Of a DNA stretch of 64,000 bases, positions 1 through 11,131 are shown one piece after another. The notes beneath the pieces are model-generated. The model saw nothing but the letters and a program-made list of their open reading frames with translations. It searched no databases and was not told the DNA's origin. How positions within the stretch are numbered: position 1 is the stretch's first letter; each line of letters begins with the position of its first letter. The stretch comes from Rhynchopus sp. YZ270_cl-10 (taxonomy: Eukaryota), in contig OZ037834.1 of assembly GCA_964035575.1 (NCBI GenBank), positions 1,054,001 to 1,118,000 of the forward strand, read 5' to 3'. The translations under genes were made by a program, and so were the position numbers.

Positions 1-189
1 GAAAATTTTTGGTTTTTGTGGCAAACGCCAGCTGGTCTGAAGAGTGATCTGACCATATTACCCAGGTATAACTTGTACTCAAAAAATGAATTTGCGAAGG
101 AATCTTGAACTTTTGACCACCACACATTATATGTGTTTTTAAGGCAAAAATGGCCGAAAAAGCTGATTTTTGGCCGAATGCCAAGTGTC

Positions 190-425
190 ATTAACATTCG
201 GATTTTTTGATTAGGACTGTCTTAAAGTAGTTTTTCAGGCCTCAATATCTCCAAACAACACGACCAAAAAATGTACATTTTTTCTGATGTGCAACTATTT
301 TTTGTGTTTTTTGGTGTTTTCCGGTCTATGGTGAGGGTGGGTGTGTGTGGGTGTGTGTGTGTGTGTGGGTGTGGGTGGCGCACACCTCTAAAGTAAAAAC
401 TAAAAAACTAAGGTTTTTTAGAATT
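190..425 (+). repeat. Dispersed GT-microsatellite/terminal-hairpin element, copy 1 (partial)
   Basis: Near-identical to 8480-8716 and related to 15590-15873; GT-rich tract followed by hairpin CTAAAAAAC-TAAG-GTTTTTTAG (400-421). Confidence 0.75.
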
Positions 426-862
426 TTTGGAAGGCCCCTTCGAAGAGAAGGACGCGAGTAGAATATAAAGGAAAAATATTGGGTATGGGGAGGGGAGGGG
501 ATGGACTTTTGGTTTGGATTTTTGTGAAAGAATTAGACTGCAAATTGTGGTTAATATACAGTTTGAGGGCAAAAAAATGCAAGGTACACCTCAGGTGTAA
601 ACAAAAATAAAACAGATCTGACTGAACAAATACTATGTAACAAACTTTGTTAATAGCTTCATAAATATGAAGCTGCGGAACGCCAGTCCCCTGTGGATAA
701 TCACTTTCAAAAGAACAGAACATGGGAACAGAAAACAACAGATAACGCGAAAACACATGAACACATTAACAGAGAGAAAACAAAATCATTACTATACTCA
801 GGGTCTCAAGGAAATCTTCAACCTCAACAAACGCGCAGAAAATCATTGATCAACAAAATCCC

Positions 863-1128
863 TGCGTATGCGTATGGGTATGCGTATGGGTATGGGTATG
901 CGTATGCGTATGCGTATGCGTATGCGTATGCGTATGCGTATGCGTATGCGTATGCGTATGCGTATGCGTATGCGTATGCGTATGCGTATGCGTATGCGTA
1001 TGCGTATGCGTATGCGTATGCGTATGCGTATGCGTATGCGTATGCGTATGCGTATGCGTATGCGTATGCGTATGCGTATGCGTATGCGTATGCGTATTCG
1101 TATTCGTATTCGTATTCGTATACGTATA
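863..1128. repeat. (GCGTAT)n hexanucleotide microsatellite with GGGTAT and TCGTAT variants at the edges
   Basis: Directly visible; explains the YA/MR/IR repeat ORFs. Confidence 0.97.
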
Positions 1129-1150
1129 CTAATCAGCAGAGTACAAAAAA

Positions 1151-1538
1151 AAATACCCTTCTCCCTCCCAAAATTCCCATACATGAGGGAATGAAACACA
1201 CAAATATGAACAGAATAGCAAAGGCAAGAAGAAGCAAATATTCTCAAAACGTGAATTCGCAAATACTCAATTTGACAAATTTGACAATTTGACAAACGAC
1301 AACAATGTCTTCCTCAACACCATCTCAAATATGAAAATAAAGTCGACACAAACATCTTCCTCAACACCATCATAAAAATAAAAATCAAGTCGACAACAAT
1401 CTCTTCCTCAACACCGTCTCAAAAAAGAAACAAACGTGTTCCACAACACCGTTTCAAACATCGCAAAAAAGTCGACATGGGTTCACTCTACTGCTCTCCT
1501 GTAAAGGAGCCTGGGCCTTGTGACCCCAGGTGGCGTAT
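1151..1538. mobile_element. Short copy of hairpin-ended element with ~3 internal 47-bp units
   Basis: Left block AAATACCCT...ATTCCC-ATACATGA-GGGAAT and right block GTGTTCCACAAC...CCTGGG-CCTTGTGAC-CCCAGG-TGGCGTAT recur at 1541 and 8139-8241. Confidence 0.65.
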
Positions 1539-1540
1539 GA

Positions 1541-4500
1541 AAATACCCTCCTCCCTCCCACAATTCCCATACATGAGGGAATGAAACACAAAATAATGTT
1601 ACTCTCGTAACAGAATAGCAAAGGCAAGAAGAAGCAAATATTCGCAGAACGTGAATTCACAAATACTCAAACGACAACAATGTCTTCCTCAACACCATCT
1701 CAAAAAAAAAAATCAAGTCGACACAAACATCTTCCTCAACACCATCATAAAAATGAAAATACAGTCGACAAATATATCTTCCTCAACACCTTCTCCAAAA
1801 AGAAAATCAAGTCAACGACAATATCTTCCTCATCACCATCTCAAAAATGAAAATCAACTCGACACAAATCTCTTCCTCATCATCACCTCAAAAAGGAAAA
1901 TCAAATCGACAAAAGTATCTTCCTCAACACCATCTCAAAAATAAAAATCAAGTCGACAGAAACATCTTCCTCATCACCATCTCAAAACAGATAATCAAGT
2001 CGATAAAAGTATCTTCCTCAACACCATCTCAAAAAAGAAAAGCAAGTCGACAAAAATATCTTCCTCATCACCATCTCAAAACAGAAAATCAAGTCGACAA
2101 AAGTATCTTCCGCAACACCATCTCAAAAAAGAAAAGCAAGTCGACAAAAGTATCTTCCTCAACACCATCTCAAAAATAAAAATCAAGTCGACAGAAACAT
2201 CTTCCTCATCACCATCTCAAAACAGATAATCAAGTCGATAAATGTATCTTCCTCAACACCATCTCAAAAAAGAAAAGCAAGTCGACAAAAATATCTTCCT
2301 CATCACCATCTCAAAACAGAAAATCAAGTCGACAAAAGTATCTTCATCTCAAAAAAGAAAATCGAGTCGACAAAAGTATCTTCCTCATCACCATCTCAAA
2401 AAAGAAAATCGAGTCGACAAAAGTATCTTCCTCAACACCATCTCATAAATAAAAATAAAGTCGACAGAAACATCTTCCTCAACACCATCTCAAAAAAGAG
2501 AATCAAGTCGACAGAAACATCTTCCTCATCACCATCTCAAAAATAAAAATAAAGTCAACAGAAATATCTTCCTCATCACCATCTCAAAAAAGATAATCGA
2601 GTCGACAAAAGTATCTTCCTCAACACCATCTCATAAATAAAAATAAAGTCGACAGAAACATCTTCCTCATCACCATCTCAAAAATAAAAATAAAGTCGAC
2701 AGAAACATCTTCCTCAACACCATCTCAAAAAAGATAATCAAGTCGACAGAAACATCTTCCTCATCACCATCTCAAAACAGAAAATCAAGTCGACAATAGT
2801 ATCTTCCTCAACACCATCTCAAAAATAAAAATAAAGTCGACAGAAACATCTTCCTCAACACCATCTCAAAAAAGATAATCAAGTCGACAGAAACATCTTC
2901 CTCATCACCATCTCAAAACAGAAAATCAAGTCGACAATAGTATCTTCCTCAACACCATCTCAAAAATAAAAATAAAGTCGACAGAAACATCTTCCTCAAC
3001 ACCATCTCAAAAAAGATAATCAAGTCGACAGAAACATCTTCCTCATCACCATCTCAAAAGTAAAAATAAAGTCGGCAGAAATATCTTCCTCAACACCATC
3101 TCAATAATGAAAATCGAGTCGACAAAAGTATCTTCCTCACCACCATCTCAAAAATAAAAATACAGTCGACAGAAACATCTTCCTCATCACCATCTCAAAA
3201 CAGAAAATCAAGTCGATAAAAGTATCTTCCTCAACACCATCTCAAAACTGAAAATCAAGTCGACAAAAGTATCTTCATCTCAAAAAAGAAAATCGAGTCG
3301 ACAAAAGTATCTTCCTCAACACCATCTCAAAAATAAAAATAAAGTCGACAGAAAAATCTTCCTCAACACCATCTCAAAAAAGAAAATCAAGTCGACAGAA
3401 ACATCTTCCTCATCACCATCTCAAAAATAAAAATAAAGTCGACAGAAATATCTTCCTCATCACCATCTCAAAAAAGAAAATCGAGTCGACAAAAGTATCT
3501 TCCTCAACACCATCTCAAAAATAATAATAACGTCGACAGAAATATCTTCCTCAACACCATCTCAAAAAAGAAAATCGAGTCGACAAAAGTATCTTCCTCA
3601 ACACCATCTCAAAAAAGTAAAGCAAGTCGACAAAAATATCTTCCGCATCACCATCTCAAAACAGAAAATCAAGTCGACAGAAACATCTTCCTCAACACCA
3701 TCTCAAAAAAGAAAATCAAGTCGACAGAAACATCTTCCTCATCACCATCTCAAAAATATAAATAAAGTCAACAGAAATATCTTCCTCATCACCATCTCAA
3801 AAAAGATAATCGAGTCGACAAAAGTATCTTCCTCAACACCATCTCAAAAATAAAAATAAAGTCGACAGAAATATCTTCCTCATCACCATCTCAAAAAAGA
3901 AAATCGAGTCGACAAAAGTATCTTCCTCAACACCATCTCAAAAAAGAAAAGCAAGTCGACAAAAGTATCTTCCTCAACACCATCTCAAAAATAAAACTCA
4001 AGTCGACAGAAACATCTTCCTCATCACCATCTCAAAACAGAAAATCAAGTCGACAAAAGTATCTTCCTCAACACCATCTCAAAAATAAAAATCAAGTCGA
4101 CACAAACATCTTCCTCATCACCATCTCAAAACAGAAAATCAAGTCGACAATAGTATCTTCCTCAACACCATCTCAAAAATAAAAATAAAGTCGACAGAAA
4201 AATCTTCCTCAACACCATCTCAAAAAAGAAAATCAAGTCGACAGAAACATCTTCCTCATCACCATCTCAAAAATATAATTAAAGTCGACAGAAATATCTT
4301 CCTCATCACCATCTCAAAAAAGAAAATCGAGTCGACAAAAGTATCTTCCTCAACACCATCTCAAAAATAATAATAACGTCGACAGAAATATCTTCCTCAA
4401 CACCATCTCAAAAAGGAAAATCGAGTCGACAAAAGTATCTTCCTCAACACCATCTCAAAAAGGAAAATCGAGTCGACAAAAGTATCTTCCTCAACACCAT

Positions 4501-7500
4501 CTCAAAAATAAAAATAAAGTCGACAGAAACATCTTCCTCAACACCATCTCGAATAAGAAAATCACGTCGACAGAAACATCTTCCTCAACACCATCTCAAA
4601 AATAAAAATAAAGTCGACAGAAATATCTTCCTCATCACCATCTCAAAAATGAAAATCGAGTCGACGAAAGTATCTTCCTCAACACCATCTCAAAAAAGAA
4701 AAGCAAGTCGACAAAAGTATCTTCCTCAACACCATCTCAAAAATAAAAATCTAGTCGACAGAAACATCTTCCTCATCACCATCTCAAAACAGAAAATCAA
4801 GTCGACAAAAGTATCTTCCTCAACACCATCTCAAAAAAGAAAATCGAGTCGACAAAAGTATCTTCCTCAACACCATCTCAAAAAAGAAAAGCAAGTCGAC
4901 AAAAGTATCTTCCTCAACACCATCTCAAAAATAAAAATCAAGTCGACAGAAACATCTTCCTCATCACCATCTCAAAACAGAAAATCAAGTCGACAAAAGT
5001 ATCTTCCTCAACACCATCTCAAAAATAAAAATCAAGTCGACAGAAACATCTTCCTCATCACCATCTCAAAACAGAAAATCAAGTCGACAAAAGTATCTTC
5101 CTCAACACCATCTCAAAAAAGAAAATCGAGTCGACAAAAGTATCTTCCTCAACACCATCTCAAAAATAAAAATCAAGTCGACACAAACATCTTCCTCATC
5201 ACCATCTCAAAACAGAAAATCAAGTCGACAAAAGTATCTTCCTCAACACCATCTCAAAAAAGTAAATCGAGTCGACAAAAGTATCTTCCTCAACACCATC
5301 TCAAAAATAAAAATCAAGTCGACAGAAACATCTTCCTCATCACCATCTCAAAACAGAAAATCAAGTCGACAAAAGTATCTTCCTCATCACCATCTCAAAA
5401 ATAAAAATCAAGTCGACACAAACATCTTCCTCATCACCATCTCAAAACAGAAAATCGAGTCGACAAAAGTATCTTCCTCAACACCATCTCAAAAATAAAA
5501 ATCAAGTCGACACAAACATCTTCCTCATCACCATCTCAAAACAGAAAATCAAGTCGACAAAAGTATCTTCCTCAACACCATCTCAAAAAAGAAAATCGAG
5601 TCGACAAAAGTATCTTCCTCATCACCATCTCAAAAATAAAAATCAAGTCGACAGAAACATCTTCCTCATCACCATCTCAAAACAGAAAATCAAGTCGACA
5701 GAAATATCTTCCTCAGCACCATCTCAAAAAAGAAAATCGAGTCGACAAAAGTATCTTCCTCAACACCATCTCAAAAAAGAAAAGCAAGTCGACAAAAGTA
5801 TCTTCCTCAACACCATCTCAAAAAAGAAAAGCAAGTCGACATAAGTATCTTCCTCAACACCATCTCAAAAATAAAAATCAAGTCGACAGAAACATCTTCC
5901 TCATCACCATCTCAAAAATAAAAATAAAGTCGACAGAAATATCTTCCTCATCACCATCTCAAAAATGAAAATCGAGTCGACAAAAGTATCTTCCTTAACA
6001 CCATCTCAAAAATGAAAAGCAAGTCGACAAAAGTATCTTCCTCAACACCATCTCAAAAATAAAAATCAAGTCGACAGAAACATATTCCTCATCACCATCT
6101 CAAAACAGAAAATCAAGTCGACAAAAGTATCTTCCTCAACACCATCTCAAAAATAAAAATCAAGTCGACACAAACATCTTCCTCATCACCATCTCAAAAC
6201 AGAAAATCAAGTCGACAATAGTATCTTCCGCAACACCATCTCAAAAATAAAAATAAAGTCGACACAAACATCTTCCTCATCACCATCTCAAAACAGAAAA
6301 TCAAGTCGACAATAGTATCTTCCGCAACACCATCTCAAAAATAAAAATAAAGTCGACAGAAACATCTTCCTCAACACCATCTCAAAAAAGAAAAGCAAGT
6401 CGACAAAAATATCTTCCTCATCACCATCTCAAAACAGAAAGTCAAGTCGACAAAAGTATCTTCCTCAACACCATCTCAAAAATAAAAATCAAGTCGACAG
6501 AAACATCTTCCTCATCACCATCTCAAAAAAGAAAAGCAAGTCGACAAAAATATCTTCCTCATCACCATCTCAAAACAGAAAATCAAGTCGACAAAAGTAT
6601 CTTCCTCAACACCATCTCAAAAATTAAAATCAAGTCGACACAAACATCTTCCTCATCACCATCTCGAAGCAGAAAATCAAGTCGACAATAGTATCTTCCT
6701 CAACACCATCTCAAAAATAAAAGTAAAGTCGACAGAAACATCTTCCTCAACACCATCTCAAAAAAGAAAATCAAGTCGACAGAAACATCTTCCTCATCAC
6801 CATCTCAAAAATATAAATAAAGTCGACAGAAATATCTTCCTCATCACCATCTCAAAAAAGAAAATCGAGTCGACAAAAGTATCTTCCTCAACACCATCTC
6901 AAAAATAAAAATCAAGTCGACAGAAACATCTTCCTCATCACCATCTCAAAAAAGAAAAGCAAGTCTACAAAAATATCTTCCTCATCACCATCTCAAAACA
7001 GAAAATCAAGTCGACAAAAGTATCTTCCTCATCACCATCTCAAAAAAGAAAAGCAAGTCTACAAAAATATCTTCCTCATCACCATCTCAAAACAGAAAAT
7101 CAAGTCGACAAAAGTATCTTCCTCAACACCATCTCAAAAAAGTAAATCGAGTCGACAAAAGTATCTTCCTCAACACCATCTCAAAAATAAAAATCAAGTC
7201 GACACAAACATCTTCCTCATCACCATCTCAAAACAGAAAATCAAGTCGACAAAAGTATCTTCCTCATCACCATCTCAAAACAGAAAATCAAGTCGACAAT
7301 AGTATCTTCCTCAACACCATCTCAAAAATAAAAATAAAGTCGACAGAAACATCTTCCTCAACACCATCTCAAAAAAGAAAATCAAGTCGACAGAAACATC
7401 TTCCTCATCACCATCTCAAAAATAAAAATAAAGTCGACAGAAATATCTTCCTCAACACCATCTCAAAAAAGAAAATCGAGTCGACAAAAGTATCGTCCTC

Positions 7501-8241
7501 ATCACCATCTCAAAAAAGTAAATCGAGTCGACAAAAGTATCTTCCTCAACACCATCTCAAAATTAAAAATCAAGTCGACACAAACATCTTCCTCATCACC
7601 ATCTCAAAACAGAAAATCAAGTCGACAATAGTATCTTCCTCAACACCATCTCAAAAATAAAAATAAAGTCGACAGAAACATCTTCCTCAACACCATCTCA
7701 AAAAAGAAAGTCAAGTCGACAGAAACATCTTCCTCATCACCATCTCAAAAATAAAAATAAAGTCGACAGAAATATCTTCCTCAACACCATCTCAAAAAAG
7801 AAAATCGAGTCGACAAAAGTATCTTCCTCAACACCATCTCAAAAATAAAAATAAAGTCGACAGAAACATCTTCCTCAACACCATCTCAAAAAAGAAAATC
7901 AAGTCGACAGAAACATCTTCCTCATCACCATCTCAAAAATAAAAATCACGTCGACAGAAACATCTTCCTCAACACCATCTCAAAACAGAAAATCAAGTCG
8001 ACAAAAGTATCTTCCTCAACACCATCTCAAAAAAGAAAATCGAGTCGACAAAAGTATCTTCCTCAACACCATCTCAAAAATAAAAATCGAGTCGACACAA
8101 ACATCTTCCTCAACACCATCTTATAAGTCGACACAAAAGTGTTCCACAACACCGTTTCAAACATCACAAAAAAGTCGACATGGGTTCACTCTACTGCTCT
8201 CCTGTAAAGGAGCCTGGGCCTTGTGACCCCAGGTGGCGTAT
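1541..8241. mobile_element. Long copy of the same element with the internal 47-bp unit expanded to a satellite
   Basis: Same left and right blocks as 1151-1538, now enclosing ~6.4 kb of tandem units. Confidence 0.65.
1680..8132. repeat. 47-bp tandem repeat, roughly 135-140 units, most with a GTCGAC site
   Basis: Unit ATCTTCCTCAACACCATCTCAAAAAAGAAAATCAAGTCGACAAAAGT; GTCGAC at 4801 and 4848 gives period 47. Confidence 0.97.
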
Positions 8242-8321
8242 TACCCCATGCAATTCCTTCTTCTTATTTTTATCCCTCATTTTTTTTTTTTTGACAAGTT
8301 TTTTTTCAAGGAAAACTTTTT

Positions 8322-8349
<28 letters not shown>

Positions 8350-8354
<5 letters not shown>

Positions 8355-8716
8355 CCTAAAATTGGCCTTGGCCTGAAAAAAAAAATATTTTTTTTCAAAA
8401 AATTTTTTTTTTGGCAAAGGCATTTTGAGGTAAAACGCCCTACTAAAAGGCTCATTTTTGGCCTAATAACAACCGTCAGTAACATTCGGATTTTTTGATT
8501 AGGACTGTCTTAAAGTAGTTTTTCAGGCCTCAATACCCCCAAATAACACTATTAGAAAATGTACATTTTTTCTGATGTGCAACTATTTTTTGTGTTTTTT
8601 TGTGTTTTCCTGCCTGTGGTGGTGAGGGTGGGTGTGTGCGGGTGTGTGTGGGTGTGTGGGTGTGGGTGGCGCACACCTCTAAAGTAAAAACTAAAAAACT
8701 AAGGTTTTTTAGAATT
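8350..8716 (+). repeat. GT-microsatellite/terminal-hairpin element, copy 2
   Basis: Matches 190-425 and 15461-15873, ends in the same hairpin. Confidence 0.75.
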
Positions 8717-8726
8717 TTTTTTTTTG

Positions 8727-8760
<34 letters not shown>

Positions 8761-8959
8761 CCTAAAAACACGGATGCTGCCAGATCTGGCCAGATCTCCA
8801 GATCTGGGCCGCCCAGATCTGGCCAGATCTGGAAATTTTTTTTTTTTTTTTTGAAAAAAAAATTTTCCCAGACGTCCCAGATCTGGCCAGATCTGGCCAG
8901 ATCTGGCCAGATCTGGCCAAATCTGGGAGATCTGGGACGTCTGGGAAAAATTTTTTTTC

Positions 8960-9997
8960 CAGGTACCCCAATGACATAACGAAGTATCGCTTGAAGTACC
9001 GTTCAATATACGTTGCTCGTGTGTGCAAGTTACGAAGTAGGACACACAACAAGGTATATCAAACGATAAATCAATCAGATAAACGTTACATCATCGGAAA
9101 ATTGTTGGCACCGCCGCCCTGTCTTCGTATTTATTACGTCGACAGGCCAAACAGCGTTGGGCTCAGAAGAAGCAGTGCAAAACACTGGGGATCAACATGA
9201 GAACCAACTCCCAACAACACAGGCTACCGAAGTAGCAGGTGGGGTGTTGCGGGTGTTTGGGGTGAAAGAAAATCGATTTTGGTAAGTTACAGCAGAAAAT
9301 TCTTAAGTTTGCAATAGCGAGAAGGGTTACATTGCTCTTGCGAGCTGTGAACCGGTAAGGTTGAGAAGGGTGACACGGCATACAAGTACAAGTACAAGTA
9401 AGACGTACCTTCTGCAAAGGCTGAATTCGCAATTCTAAGGGATATGAATTCAGCCCCCACTGTTTTTTTGAGATGATCATTCCATGGTATACTAGGCGTT
9501 CCCGAAGAATGAATCACCCCCTCCTCGTTCATGCAAACTCAAGAAAATTCTGAAGTAACTACAACCTGGCGTGCGGGTACAGATGCATTGCTTTGTTCTT
9601 TCCTCAAAGTCATGTGTGATCTCTCGGGTCTGTACTAAAGTCAGTGTTTAGATAAGCATCCACTTGACTCGTTCTAACAACCGTTGAAATCTAGAACAAA
9701 ACAATACACTGCCCCTTCTCACACCAAGCCGCCATGCTTCAAGAGCATGCCCTGGGCAAAAATTACTCTGACAAAAATTGGTTTTCTGGGGGAACGCAAT
9801 ATTTTCTTGTGCCTAGTCCTCCGCAAGAGCAGAGGACAGACTTTCCGGATCCCGAAGTCGAATTTCTTGCACTAGCTATGCTCCCTGGGTTAAATGGCTA
9901 TAGCAGTGACTGACTAAGAGTTTCATAATAATTAGGGTGGTCTATGGGTCGGATCTGCTTCGCTGTCACGATGAAGGGTCGTCAGTTGGGGTACCTG
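8960..9997. mobile_element. Inverted-repeat-bounded ~1.04-kb segment nested in the hAT
   Basis: CAGGTACCCCAA at 8960 and TTGGGGTACCTG ending 9997; TTAA follows the right end only; no clean TSD, no long ORF. Confidence 0.45.
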
Positions 9998-10327
9998 TTA
10001 AGAGAGAAGTGTTGAGTGTAAAGTGACATTTTAACAAAAAAAAATATATATAAAAATATAAAAAAAAATAGCTTCAATTTACATCCGGAGCGGGACAATG
10101 TCGAAGAGGGGGCGGGAGTGAAATTCGGGGGGTTAAAACAGAGCTTTTTTCCTTCATGGGGTAGGGGACGGGGGGGGGGGGGGGGGGGGCGGGATGTGCA
10201 AGCAAAGTTAAAGCAAAGGGGTGGGGGGGTGGGGAAAAGAAAACTTTGGATAATTACGGAAGGACACCACTAAGCGGTGCACGAAAGGGGAGATGCCCTT
10301 GAGTATGAACTAGGGAGGAGGGGGTGG

Positions 10328-11103
10328 AGTCAGAGACGGTAAATGTTTCAGACAAAATGTAAAAACATGTTAAAGCTTGGAAAGCTTTTTGAAAAACGCC
10401 AAACACTGCTCACAATGATGAACGAAAAATTGAATGTGTAATGCGTGTATGAGATGTGGGGAGCACCAGAGGAAAAAACTACTCTTGGACTGAAATTTTT
10501 TAGAAATACACACATGTCTTGTAACAAATATTTCATATACTTTCTTTTCTAAACGAAAAGAAGGTAAAGAGGGTGCGAAAAATGTACCCTTGCTTTTTTT
10601 TTTTTTTTTTAAAAGAATGCAAAAACAAGAAAAGTTAGTGAAGAAGGTGTCAGAGACGGTAAATGTTTCAGACAAAATGTAAAAACATGTTAAAGCTTGG
10701 AAAGCTTTTTGAAAATCGCCAAACGCTGCTCACAATGATGAACGAAAAATTGAATGTGTAATGTGTGTATGAGATGTGGGGAGGAAAAAAACGGCTCTTG
10801 GACTGATTTTTTTTAGAAATTCACACATGTCTTGGAAAAAGAAAAAAATAGTGTAGAAGGTGTCAGAGACGGTAAATGTTTCAGACAAAATGTAAAAACA
10901 TGTTAAAGCTTGGAAAGCTTTTTGAAAATCGCCAAACGCTGCTCACAATGATGAACGAAAAATTGAATGTGTAATGTGTGTATGAGATGTGGGGAGGAAA
11001 AAAACGACTCTTGGACTGAATTTTTTTAGAAATTCACACATGTCTTGGAAAAAGAAAAAAATAGTGTAGAAGGTGTCAGAGACGGTAAATGTTTCAGACA
11101 AAA
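10328..11103. repeat. ~213-bp tandem repeat (3 units plus a partial; first unit longer) downstream of the transposase
   Basis: CAGAGACGGTAAATGTTTCAGACAAAA at ~10331, 10651, 10864, 11077. Confidence 0.9.
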
Positions 11104-11131
11104 GTAAACATATGCACGAGAGGGGCATTCA

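Noticed and set aside
693..1295. ORFs with YA/MR/IR dipeptide runs
   Set aside because: Translation artefacts of the (GCGTAT)n microsatellite
1680..8132. 47-bp array as a CRISPR array or repetitive protein gene
   Set aside because: No unique spacers and no cas genes; unit length is not a multiple of 3 and stops are frequent
8960..10330. Fanzor/TnpB cargo in the hAT
   Set aside because: No long ORF and no recognisable RuvC or zinc-ribbon motifs in the frames read
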